Positions 26,439 through 35,755 of a stretch of DNA of 45,364 nt are shown here, piece by piece. How positions within the stretch are numbered: the stretch's first letter is position 1; every line of letters starts with the position of its first letter. The translations under genes and the position numbers were made by a program. The notes under the pieces were generated by a model. It made no database searches. It saw only the letters and a program-made list of their open reading frames with translations, and had not been told where the DNA came from. The DNA lies in the IMG/VR virus record IMGVR_UViG_3300037522_000124, positions 1-45,364 of that record; one strand, 5' to 3'. The stretch comes from a virus. Lineage: Duplodnaviria; Caudoviricetes.

Positions 26439-26792
26439 ATGGCTGCATGGGCTGAACTGACTCAAGAGGAGCGCGACAATTTCCAATCATTCGAGCGGAC
26501 GCTCCGAGCGTCGCAAGGATCGCTTCAGCGCGTTCTTAATTCGTTGGAGACACTCAAGGTGGCCTATACGGGACAGATTGTTCCGATCCTCGCGCAATTG
26601 GACGCGAACACCGTCGTACCGAACACGTCCGGCTTGTCGGGTTCAATAGCGCTCGACATCACAGTTGACTTGCAACCGCTAATCGGCGACCTGTCATCAC
26701 TGTTGCACGCGACGACGGGCTACAACACGACGGAGAAGAAGGAACGGCGGGACAAGGCGGCTGGGTTGGCAGCTATGTTGGGACACGCATAA
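26439..26792 (+). CDS. Hypothetical protein
   Basis: AAGGAGG RBS; stop overlaps the next start. Confidence 0.8.
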   Translation: MAAWAELTQEERDNFQSFERTLRASQGSLQRVLNSLETLKVAYTGQIVPILAQLDANTVVPNTSGLSGSIALDITVDLQPLIGDLSSLLHATTGYNTTEKKERRDKAAGLAAMLGHA

Positions 26793-27766
26793 TGGCGATC
26801 ACTCCGTATTACGTCGATAGCGACATTGGCGGAACTTCCGGCGCGGGCACGGAAGGCAATCCGTTCAGCGCGATTCAGCATGCGTACGATACGGTCACCC
26901 GCGATGCGACTAACGGAGATCTTTTTTACGGCAAGGGATCGGAGACGCTTGCCGCGGCCTTGGACCGTACGGCTTATGGCACACCGACAGAAACCGCGCC
27001 TCTCGTCCACGCTTTGTGGGATGGTAATCCCTGGACGCTCACGGCGGCCAATGCGACGACTGCCATCGAACCGTTCACTAATTTTTCGAGTTTCATTGGC
27101 GTCACGTTTGATTGCGCGGCGGCGACGGTCAGAAGTATCAGCGCGGGCGCTCTGTCGCTTTATCTGAATTGTGTTTTCCGCAATTCCGCGTACAACAACA
27201 CAAATTCCATGATGTTATGCAATACCGCAGCATCCGTCTATGGTTGCCATTTTTACAATGCTTTCTACGCTGTCCGTACCAACGCCGGCTTGATTCAAGG
27301 GTGTCATTTCGAGGATTGTGAAATTCGGGCGATCAGCGCCTTAGACGGCAATACAAGGATCATCGGTAATACCTTTTCGCTTGTTGATCATGCTGCCGCG
27401 ATGGCGATTGCCACATCCAATTCATCAATCCAGGCGCTCAATAATTCCATCCTTGCGGCGGCGGGGACTTCGGCCCTGATTGATGTTAATTCGACGTCCG
27501 GCGGAACGGTGATCGCCAATAATCTTCTTGATGGAGCGAGCGGTACGGGAGGCATTGACATCCAGGTCGCGGGTCCCGGCGCGGCTGTCTTCGGAAATGC
27601 TTCATATAACTGTGCCACAAATTATTCCATCACGAACGGCGCATATGAACTTGATAATGAAGTACTTGGCTCGTCGCCGTTCGCCAAGTCGGGCGCGAAC
27701 ACCTTCGCCAATCGCGGCCCGTACTTCGCGCCCCTTAATGTCGGCAATGTTTGGGGCAGCGTATAA
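26792..27766 (+). CDS. Right-handed beta-helix (pectin lyase-like) protein, probable virion appendage
   Basis: YYVDSDIG...GTEGNPF..IQHA start and repeated (N/G)CxF / IIGNTF units. Confidence 0.75.
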   Translation: MAITPYYVDSDIGGTSGAGTEGNPFSAIQHAYDTVTRDATNGDLFYGKGSETLAAALDRTAYGTPTETAPLVHALWDGNPWTLTAANATTAIEPFTNFSSFIGVTFDCAAATVRSISAGALSLYLNCVFRNSAYNNTNSMMLCNTAASVYGCHFYNAFYAVRTNAGLIQGCHFEDCEIRAISALDGNTRIIGNTFSLVDHAAAMAIATSNSSIQALNNSILAAAGTSALIDVNSTSGGTVIANNLLDGASGTGGIDIQVAGPGAAVFGNASYNCATNYSITNGAYELDNEVLGSSPFAKSGANTFANRGPYFAPLNVGNVWGSV

Positions 27767-27988
27767 TGGCTGGGTCGCATCCAACAGAATTGCAGGCTCC
27801 CAAGGGGGTGGTCGGGCAAAACGGAGTCGGCAGCGCCGGGGCGCATCCGGTCGAATTGGGGAGGGATAAGGGGGCTGTTCAGCATGTGGCGGCGGTGGGC
27901 GGCGGAGGCGCGGTGTTTGAATTATCCCCTGTCGGCATCGCCGCCAGCAGCGATCCTAAAATTCACAGTTTGTCTCCGGCGTGATAAT

Positions 27989-28396
27989 ATGAAGCAATCG
28001 AATCTCACCAAGGCTGGCAATTTGCTGAAGGGAGGGGCCGACGATGTTTTTCTCAATGATCTTACGCAGGCGATCATTGAGCAATTCGGCGGAGTTAGCA
28101 CCTATGCGGCGATGTTATTCATGGAGTTTCAGACGGCACAGCCTGGAAGCGTCGCCCGTCAGCGATGCCTGAGCATGATTTCCGACTTAGTCAGCCGATT
28201 GGCTAATTTGCAGAAAGATGTTAAATTCGATTTAAGCCTTGCCGACGAAGGCGACCTCCAGGACATGATGGAAGCGTTGATTAAAGATGCCGCTACCTCC
28301 ACCGAAAATCAAGAATCCGCATCCGCGCCCGAAGACGAGGACCGTGGAATCTCTGGGCCTGCTTCCCTCGAAGCTCCCACGATTACCGAGTCCTGA
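27989..28396 (+). CDS. Hypothetical protein, candidate terminase small subunit
   Basis: Helical ORF directly upstream of TerL; call is by position only. Confidence 0.5.
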   Translation: MKQSNLTKAGNLLKGGADDVFLNDLTQAIIEQFGGVSTYAAMLFMEFQTAQPGSVARQRCLSMISDLVSRLANLQKDVKFDLSLADEGDLQDMMEALIKDAATSTENQESASAPEDEDRGISGPASLEAPTITES

Positions 28397-30047
28397 TCTG
28401 CACACCGAGGAAATTCCACGCATTCAGCCGCGCGAGGGCCTGTCGAACGCGCAGATTCGCCGGTTGCGGGAAGTCGCCTTGGAGCTTAATCGGCGGCAGA
28501 TGGAGGCGCTGTCGTTGTTCGATCCTCTTCCAAAGCAACTGCGGTTTCATAAGTCCTTGGCGCGGACCAGGATGATTCGCGGCTCTAATCGATCCGGCAA
28601 GTCGCAATGCGCCGGAGCGGAAATCGCTTGGGCATTGTCCGGCGCCCATCCGTACATCGCTTACCCGAAAGAGGGCGGCATCGCGTATTGTGTCGGCTGG
28701 GATCATAGGCATGTCGGGCAAGTGTTGTGGAAGATAGTCGGACGTCCCGGAGCGTTCAAGATTATCCGCGATGAAGTGACCGGACGTTGGCGGGTAGCGC
28801 GCCCATGGCAGGAATACGATGCGGCCTATCGTGAAAAGTGGCGAGACGCTTCTCCGTTTTTACCCGACCGTCTCATCAAATCTATTTCATGGGAATCCAA
28901 AAAGGACGAAATTCCCAAGATGGTCAAGATGATTAACGGCTGGGAATGCAATTTCGCGTCGTCCAAGGGCGCGCCGCAGGCGGGAATCAAATTAGACCTC
29001 GGCTGGATTGACGAGGAAATCGAGAATCACCGGTGGTATTCGGAAATGGTATCCCGCGTTTCCGACAGGATTACGCGATTCTTTTGGTCGGCGACTCCGC
29101 TAGCCGCGACACAGCAGCTTTACGAACTGCATCAGAAATGCCACGAGCCGGACAATAACGGGAGACTGGAAGAGATTCTTTTGCTCATCGATGAAAACCC
29201 GTACATTCCGCAAAACGAAAAAGATGAATTCAAGGCGAGATTAAGCCCCGACGAATTGCGGGTGCGGTATTACGGAGAGTTCGCGCTAGCCGGGTTTCGC
29301 CGCTATGCGGAATACATGCATCAGGAACATTGCGTCACCCCGTTCGCGATACCGCCGGACTGGACGCATTACATGGCGGTCGATCCCGGAACACAGGTTT
29401 GCGCGGTCTTGTTCGCCGCCGTGCCTCCGAGCGCTTCCCAGGGCGTTCCGCGAGACTATGAATTGCACATCTACGACGAACTGTATATTAAGCGGTGCAG
29501 CGCCATGAAGTTTGGCGAAGCCGTGAGCCGCAAGATGGGCCATTTGCGTGACCGGTTCGAAGCTTTTATCATTGACGGCCAATACGGGCGGCAGATGGAA
29601 TCTGGCATCGGAAAAACCGTCGAGGAACAGTATAGTGAAGCCCTTCGGGAATTTGGCGTCAAGTCGTCGCGGACGGGACATGGCTTTATTCGCGGCGGGA
29701 CGAACCTGGAAGGCAGGGAAGGCAGTGTCCGCAGGCTGATGCAGATTCGCGCCAGCACCGGAAGCGCGGCCTTACGGATTCACATCGATCATTGTTCGCA
29801 CTTGGATTGGGAATTGAAGAACCAGTTTTACAGGCGAGCACGGGACGGAACCGTCACCGATAAAAGGAAAACCGGCAGTGATCATTGCGTCGATTGCCTG
29901 GAATATCTAGCCTCCTATGATCCGCAGTGGCGTCCTCCGCCTCCCAAGAGGCCGTCGGATAGCGTCTGGAAATACCTGCGGCTGAAAAGGATGAAACAGG
30001 CGAAAAAAGTGGACGCGGCAATCTCCTTAGGACCAATGGATGCATAG
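28287..30047 (+). CDS. terL: Terminase large subunit
   Basis: QLRFH, Walker A GSNRSGKS, Walker B WIDEE, SATP, nuclease MAVDPG...DHCVDCLEY. Start uncertain. Confidence 0.92.
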   Translation: MPLPPPKIKNPHPRPKTRTVESLGLLPSKLPRLPSPDLHTEEIPRIQPREGLSNAQIRRLREVALELNRRQMEALSLFDPLPKQLRFHKSLARTRMIRGSNRSGKSQCAGAEIAWALSGAHPYIAYPKEGGIAYCVGWDHRHVGQVLWKIVGRPGAFKIIRDEVTGRWRVARPWQEYDAAYREKWRDASPFLPDRLIKSISWESKKDEIPKMVKMINGWECNFASSKGAPQAGIKLDLGWIDEEIENHRWYSEMVSRVSDRITRFFWSATPLAATQQLYELHQKCHEPDNNGRLEEILLLIDENPYIPQNEKDEFKARLSPDELRVRYYGEFALAGFRRYAEYMHQEHCVTPFAIPPDWTHYMAVDPGTQVCAVLFAAVPPSASQGVPRDYELHIYDELYIKRCSAMKFGEAVSRKMGHLRDRFEAFIIDGQYGRQMESGIGKTVEEQYSEALREFGVKSSRTGHGFIRGGTNLEGREGSVRRLMQIRASTGSAALRIHIDHCSHLDWELKNQFYRRARDGTVTDKRKTGSDHCVDCLEYLASYDPQWRPPPPKRPSDSVWKYLRLKRMKQAKKVDAAISLGPMDA

Positions 30048-30048
30048 C

Positions 30049-30486
30049 ATGAACGTTAAAAAGCAGAATACGCTTCCCAAGCTGCAGCTGAATCCGCCGC
30101 GATCCGCCGTAGTTCCAGACGGCGAGGTTTGCGAAGAAGTGGTTCCCATGGTTCCCGTGGTTCCGCAGGCGGCTCCGTGGCGCTGTCCGCGCGTTTATGT
30201 CCTCGATCCCGTCCTGTATTATGAGAACGGGAATCTGGACGCCAAGCCGACGGCCGCGTTCGTGACGAACGTGAACGAGACAGGCGACGGCAATATCACC
30301 CTAACCACGATTCCGCGAAACAGCGAATACATTTTTCCGCTGAGAAAGACAGTCCTGCACAAAGACGATCCGCGACTGCTTGAGAATCCCGATCTCATGA
30401 GAAACGGAGTTTGGGATTTGCATTTTCGGGACAAATTCATCAATAGATTGATGGAGATGTTTCCAGAAGCCGTCGCGGAGCCGTGA
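30049..30486 (+). CDS. Hypothetical protein
   Basis: ORF between TerL and the portal. Confidence 0.7.
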   Translation: MNVKKQNTLPKLQLNPPRSAVVPDGEVCEEVVPMVPVVPQAAPWRCPRVYVLDPVLYYENGNLDAKPTAAFVTNVNETGDGNITLTTIPRNSEYIFPLRKTVLHKDDPRLLENPDLMRNGVWDLHFRDKFINRLMEMFPEAVAEP

Positions 30487-30487
30487 T

Positions 30488-32467
30488 ATGAACAGCAGCG
30501 ACCGCAGCCATCCGATGTGGGAGATTTGCGAACAGTGGATTCGCAAAATCCGCGAAGGGATTAAGCACAAGCGGGAAAAGTTCCAGGATACCGCCGACGA
30601 ATGCATGCGGTTCTTCGACGGCGCGCATGATTTCATGTATGGCGGCAAAAAACATGGCTACGGCTTCTCCGCCGAGGGCGAGCGGAGCATCAAGACGACG
30701 TTCAAGATGACGACGAACAAAGTCGCCGAGTTGGTCCAGCTGTTCGGCCCGTACATGTATCACACGAATCCGAATCGGATGGTGGCGCCGCGCATTCAAA
30801 AGCTTCCGGAATTGGCATTCGCGCTGGCGGGAGGCCCGGCGGCCGCACAGCAGATCATGCAGCAATACAACCAGATGCAGTTAGTGAAGAGGGCGGTTTC
30901 GGAACTTCAGGAATACGTGCTGAATTACACCCCGCATGAATTGGGGTTGCGGACGGAGAGCCGCCGGGGGATCAATGAAGCCCTGATCAAGGGGCGGGGG
31001 CTGCTCAACACGGAACTTTACTATCCTCCCGGTTCCGACCGCCCAATGGTTGGTTCCTTCTATCTGCCGGTTGACGATTTCGTAACGGATCCCGATACGC
31101 GCCTGGCCGGTGAGTGGAAATGGATTGCCGTTCGCTGTGAAAATCCGACATGGGAGGTCGAACGGGAATTCGGGCTTAGCCCTCGGGCGCTCAAGGAACA
31201 TGCGACGACCGCTTCCACGGAAAGCAAGGCGAGTGTCGATGCCGACAGGCTGGGAGACAAGAAGAAAACCGTCGGCAAGACAAACGACCTCATCGTCTAC
31301 TGGAAGATTTACTCGAAGATGGGGCTGGGGCATTATTTGCGGGGCGTGCCAGAACGATACACGAAGACGCTGGATCAGTTTGGACTTTACACTTACCTGG
31401 TCGTTGCGCCGGGAGTGCCTTATCCGCTCAATCTTCCGCCGCATGTGATGAACTTGGATTTGACGGTTCCGGGAAATCTGGAGACGGTGCTGAATCAAGT
31501 CCGTTGGCCGATTCCATTTTACGCGGATGGGGAATGGCCGGTTACGTGGCTCGATTTCCACGAGGTTCCCGATACTTCTTGGCCGCAGGCGCACATGAAG
31601 TCGGCCTTGGGAGAACTCAAGGCGATTAACTGGATTCTTTCGTTCCTGACGTCCAAGGTTGCGGTCAACAGCCGTGACTTGCTCGTGATCGCGGAGGAAT
31701 TGTGCGATGAGAGCATCGCCAAGATCGAATCCGGGGACGATTACGATACCCTGATGTTCAAGCGTTCGGAGGCCAAGAGAATCGAAGAGTTGGTGCAGTT
31801 TATCCAGCATCCGCAAATGAACCACGACATCGTCGAAGTGCTCAACATCCTGCTGGGGATGTTTGAGCGGCGGACGGGGCTGAACGAACTCCTCTACGGC
31901 ATGACAACGAAGCAGATGCGCTCGAGCGCCGAGGCGTCCCTGAAGGGGGATTTGGTGCAGATTCGCATTAACGACATGGCCGAGTGCGTCGAGGACTGGG
32001 CGGGAAAAGTGGCGCGCAAGGAAGGCCTTGCGACAAGAATCTTTCAGATGGGGCGTGACGTGGCGCCCGTATTCGGGGAAGTTCACGACCCGGAGCAAGG
32101 CCAGTATGGAATACTTTCCGACTTGTGGGACAGGTTTGTCTACGTGCCGTGGCGGCCGGGTGACGACGCGACACTCGAGCGCGTCGTGCGCGAATACGAT
32201 TACCGCATCGAGGCGGGTTCAGTGCGAAAGCCAAACCATCAGACAGAGATGGAAAACATGCAGATGGCGGCGCAAGCGATGATGCCCAACCTGTTCGGCT
32301 TCTACCAAGCGACCGGCCAGCCTCAGCAGCTAAATGCTTTCTTGACGCGATGGGCGAAAGCGCATCAAATGGACGTCGATGAATTCTTGTTCCCGCAATT
32401 GCCGCCTCCCGGACAGTTGCAGGAAGATCCGAATGAACAGCAGTCGCAACTTTCAATCGCGGGGTAG
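30488..32467 (+). CDS. Portal protein (podovirus/P22-like size)
   Basis: 659 aa, downstream of TerL; ERRTGLNELLYG...RSSAEA and YRIEAGSVRKP portal-like segments; Q/P-rich C-terminus. Confidence 0.8.
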   Translation: MNSSDRSHPMWEICEQWIRKIREGIKHKREKFQDTADECMRFFDGAHDFMYGGKKHGYGFSAEGERSIKTTFKMTTNKVAELVQLFGPYMYHTNPNRMVAPRIQKLPELAFALAGGPAAAQQIMQQYNQMQLVKRAVSELQEYVLNYTPHELGLRTESRRGINEALIKGRGLLNTELYYPPGSDRPMVGSFYLPVDDFVTDPDTRLAGEWKWIAVRCENPTWEVEREFGLSPRALKEHATTASTESKASVDADRLGDKKKTVGKTNDLIVYWKIYSKMGLGHYLRGVPERYTKTLDQFGLYTYLVVAPGVPYPLNLPPHVMNLDLTVPGNLETVLNQVRWPIPFYADGEWPVTWLDFHEVPDTSWPQAHMKSALGELKAINWILSFLTSKVAVNSRDLLVIAEELCDESIAKIESGDDYDTLMFKRSEAKRIEELVQFIQHPQMNHDIVEVLNILLGMFERRTGLNELLYGMTTKQMRSSAEASLKGDLVQIRINDMAECVEDWAGKVARKEGLATRIFQMGRDVAPVFGEVHDPEQGQYGILSDLWDRFVYVPWRPGDDATLERVVREYDYRIEAGSVRKPNHQTEMENMQMAAQAMMPNLFGFYQATGQPQQLNAFLTRWAKAHQMDVDEFLFPQLPPPGQLQEDPNEQQSQLSIAG

Positions 32468-32471
32468 CCGG

Positions 32472-33026
32472 ATGCGAACGGAATATCCAATAATTAGCAG
32501 CAACTATGAAGTCCAGATATTTTACGAATCCATGAGAGATAACGGAGTATCTCACACTTTGGCCGAGATGCTGGCGCTTCGCAAGTCGGCGAATTTCGTT
32601 TCGGACGCTACGTTCATGCGCGGGCATTTCAACGGAAACCAATTCGAGAAATTCAACCGGTCCGGCGAGTTTTACCGCAAGAAAGCGAATGCGGCGGGGG
32701 TGAGTACGGTTGGCAAGCGGTATCTGTCGGGACTTGCGGCGTATCCCGGTGACCCGCGCGCGTGGGTCAGCACGCGAGATGAAATCAAAAAACTGATGAA
32801 AGAACGCAATTGGACGTGCGACGGGACAGTCAAGCACGCGGGGAATGAAGATTTGCTGGCGGAACAGATTGCCGTCCGCAAGCGTCCCGACGGCGTCGCG
32901 GAGGACATCCTTGTGGAGAAGGTCGAGTTTGAGTGCGAGAAGAACCCGGAATTGGCTCCGACCACGAAGGAAAAGGTTGAATTGAAGGAGCAGTTGCGGG
33001 AGCGAATGCGGCCGAAGAAATTTTAG
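32472..33026 (+). CDS. Hypothetical protein
   Basis: ORF directly after the portal. Confidence 0.75.
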   Translation: MRTEYPIISSNYEVQIFYESMRDNGVSHTLAEMLALRKSANFVSDATFMRGHFNGNQFEKFNRSGEFYRKKANAAGVSTVGKRYLSGLAAYPGDPRAWVSTRDEIKKLMKERNWTCDGTVKHAGNEDLLAEQIAVRKRPDGVAEDILVEKVEFECEKNPELAPTTKEKVELKEQLRERMRPKKF

Positions 33027-33153
33027 GGGTGTTATTGCGTTTGGCGGTGATTAGAATATCAAGAAAAAAGGATACATGCGATGCGTCCTGCAAGCAGCGA
33101 AGGCGGCTTTTGTGACTACGTTAAGATCGAAGTCGTAACACAGGAGCCAAAAG

Positions 33154-33693
33154 ATGAACGTACTGAAGGGACTGACGCGGAAGGGGAGCGTCCCGTTGAA
33201 GAATCCGGGGAACCACAGTCCCCTGAATCTACAAAACAGGGTGCTGATTGATGTCGTCGGTCCGGACGGCGTGATCAAACAGCATATCGACCATTCCGAA
33301 AACTTAATGGTGACTTATGGGCTGAATCGGCTCATAGAAATGCTTGTTTCGGACGCCGGAGGAGCGAGTGATTGGGTATCGGCGGCGGCGATCGGCACGG
33401 GCACCGTGGCGACCGGCTACAGTGATGATACGCTGGGGAACAGCACCCAGATCGTTCACCTGAGCCAAGCGAGCATGGTGGGCAGTGACGCCGGAAGCCT
33501 TACACTGCAATATAACTTGACATTCGCCAGTACCGGCGGCGCGCACGAAATTCACGAAATCGGCCTGTTCGCCACCAATGCGGCGACAACGCGGATGGTC
33601 GCCAGGTCGGTTTTGGGAACGGATTCCGTCAACCGCGGCGCAAATGATGAAATTCGCGCCACCTACCAGGTTGTCGCCAAGAGTTGCGCTTGA
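33154..33693 (+). CDS. Putative virion structural protein (tail-fibre N-terminal-like)
   Basis: NLMVTYGLN...AIGTG..A....D..L...EIGLF...MVAR pattern; AGGAG RBS. Confidence 0.7.
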   Translation: MNVLKGLTRKGSVPLKNPGNHSPLNLQNRVLIDVVGPDGVIKQHIDHSENLMVTYGLNRLIEMLVSDAGGASDWVSAAAIGTGTVATGYSDDTLGNSTQIVHLSQASMVGSDAGSLTLQYNLTFASTGGAHEIHEIGLFATNAATTRMVARSVLGTDSVNRGANDEIRATYQVVAKSCA

Positions 33694-33728
33694 GGTTGAG
33701 GTTCCCCGGAATTTTGGAAAGGTCTCCA

Positions 33729-35159
33729 ATGCTGTCTCACGCTATTAATTATGGGTGTGCTTTTTCGACGCCGGTTCCGCACGTCCCAGCCCCCGGCGGC
33801 GGAACACGGCTGGCGATGATTACAACGCAGTGGCATCGGGCACGCTCCGGCTTACAGATCCCGACTAATTTCTCGTCAATCGACATCCATACCGACGGGA
33901 TGGAAATTGCCGATGCGCGAAACAAGGTCGTGCGGATTGTGATGGCCCACGAACCGCGTCCGGAGTACATCTTTTTCATCGATTATGACGTAGTGGCGCC
34001 GTACGATGCGTTCACGAAATTGCATCGTCGCGCTCGCGAATGGCCGGAATATGATATTTTTGGCGGCGTCTATTGTGCCAAGTCATCAAGTGGTGATCCG
34101 CTGATTTACAAAGGCAATGGGATAGGCCCGTACTGGGAGTGGTCCATTGGCGACATCCTCTCCGAGGGAATCACCGGAATTCACATGGGTTTAACGCTGA
34201 TTCGCACGTCGCTATTCGAGCGGATCGCATGGGACGATGACGACAACCCGCTTTTCAAGACCATCAATCTTATCGAGGAACCGGACCACGCCGGCAGTTT
34301 GCGCCGTTCGCGCGGCACGGAGGACTTGTATTTCTGCCAGCGCGCCGTCGAAGAGGCGGGGGCCAGGATTCTTGTGGATACGTCGGTTCTGGCCGGTCAC
34401 ATCGATCACTCCACGGGCCGTATTTACGGATTGCCCATGGATAGCCGCCCGGTTCTCGGTTCGCGATGGGCTATCCCAAATGACGCTCAATACAAGGAGG
34501 AAAATAAGGCGCTGGACATTGGCGCTGGAGCGACGCGCCGCAAATGGGACGGCTATCGGACCTACACCACGGACATCCGCGAAGGAGTGGCCGATTACGC
34601 GATGGATACGCGGTCGCTGAACTTTCCCGACAACAATTTCGACATGGTGGCTTCATCTCATCACCTGGAACACATAGGGCGATGGGAGCAAGAACAGACG
34701 TGGCATGAGATGTTTCGCATTCTGAAGCCGGGGGGCCGGATGGAACATGTGGTTCCCAACCTGGCGTGGGCGGCCGCGAAGATTCACGCGGAAGCGACCA
34801 TCGACGAGCATGTCATGAACGTCTTGTACGGCGCGCAGGAGGCCCACGGCTACTCCCGGGATTTCAATACGCACTATTTCGGCTACACGCCTACTGTTGC
34901 AAAAGCACTCGCCGAAATGGCTGGATTGGTGGACGTGAAAATCAAGGATTATCACGATGATCCTGATCTCGGCTACAATCTGATAATCACGGGCGTTAAG
35001 CCGTTTTTGATCGAAGACGAAGACGATGTTCCGGAAAAAGAGGCGGATTCCGTTTCGGAAAAGGAGCCGACCGGGCAGAATGGGAATCCGTACGAGCCGA
35101 CCGGGCAGAATGGGAATCCGTACGATGGGTGGCAATGTGCATTAGCGGGTATCCCATAG
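33729..35159 (+). CDS. Glycosyltransferase (GT-A) - class I SAM methyltransferase fusion
   Basis: ARNKVV...YIFFIDYD...GLTLI...EDLYFC (GT-A); LDIGAG...FPDNNFD...HHLEH...RILKPGG (MTase). Confidence 0.85.
   Translation: MLSHAINYGCAFSTPVPHVPAPGGGTRLAMITTQWHRARSGLQIPTNFSSIDIHTDGMEIADARNKVVRIVMAHEPRPEYIFFIDYDVVAPYDAFTKLHRRAREWPEYDIFGGVYCAKSSSGDPLIYKGNGIGPYWEWSIGDILSEGITGIHMGLTLIRTSLFERIAWDDDDNPLFKTINLIEEPDHAGSLRRSRGTEDLYFCQRAVEEAGARILVDTSVLAGHIDHSTGRIYGLPMDSRPVLGSRWAIPNDAQYKEENKALDIGAGATRRKWDGYRTYTTDIREGVADYAMDTRSLNFPDNNFDMVASSHHLEHIGRWEQEQTWHEMFRILKPGGRMEHVVPNLAWAAAKIHAEATIDEHVMNVLYGAQEAHGYSRDFNTHYFGYTPTVAKALAEMAGLVDVKIKDYHDDPDLGYNLIITGVKPFLIEDEDDVPEKEADSVSEKEPTGQNGNPYEPTGQNGNPYDGWQCALAGIP
35064..35123 (+). 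repeat. Exact 30-bp tandem duplication (EPTGQNGNPY x2)
   Basis: GAGCCGACCGGGCAGAATGGGAATCCGTAC occurs twice. Confidence 0.95.
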
Positions 35160-35172
35160 CGGGTAGCGCATA

Positions 35173-35742
35173 ATGGCAATCTTCGAAATCACCGTTGTCG
35201 ATTATCTTGGTTTTGAAGATCCGCTTATTCATGATCCGAACCGGAAGATTTTGGTTCCGGAGAATCTTGGTCTGTCGGATGCCGTTTCGCGGTCATTGGC
35301 GCATGGCAGGCTGATTGTTGACAATCTGGGTCTGTCGGATTCGGTTTCGCGGTCGCTGGCGCATGGCCGGGTGGTTGTTGACAATCTGGGATTTTCCGAC
35401 TCGGCGCAGCGGCAAGTTGATTACAACCGGGTGGTTGTTGACAATCTGGGATTTGGCGATTCGGCTTCACGGTCATTGGCGCATGGTAGGACAGTTGTCG
35501 AGAATTTGGGATTTGGCGAATCGGTTTCCAAGTCGGTCGATTACCATATTCCCACGATCATCGACAACCTAGGCTTCGCGGATGAGTACATTCCCGAAAC
35601 AAGTGATTTTCCACAGCCATACCGGCCGCATTCGACACCTGAAGAGGATTCACGCAGAGTTTTGATTCCGGAAGAAGATTCCCAGAGGGCAATCGTTGCC
35701 GCCGCCGATTCAAATCGTTCCAGGCCGCAAGAGTATAGCTGA
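35173..35742 (+). CDS. Repeat protein with ~19-aa VVDNLG(F/L)xDSxSRSL units
   Basis: 57-bp periodic repeats from ~35250 to 35585. Confidence 0.82.
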   Translation: MAIFEITVVDYLGFEDPLIHDPNRKILVPENLGLSDAVSRSLAHGRLIVDNLGLSDSVSRSLAHGRVVVDNLGFSDSAQRQVDYNRVVVDNLGFGDSASRSLAHGRTVVENLGFGESVSKSVDYHIPTIIDNLGFADEYIPETSDFPQPYRPHSTPEEDSRRVLIPEEDSQRAIVAAADSNRSRPQEYS

Positions 35743-35755
35743 AAGAGTATAGCTG

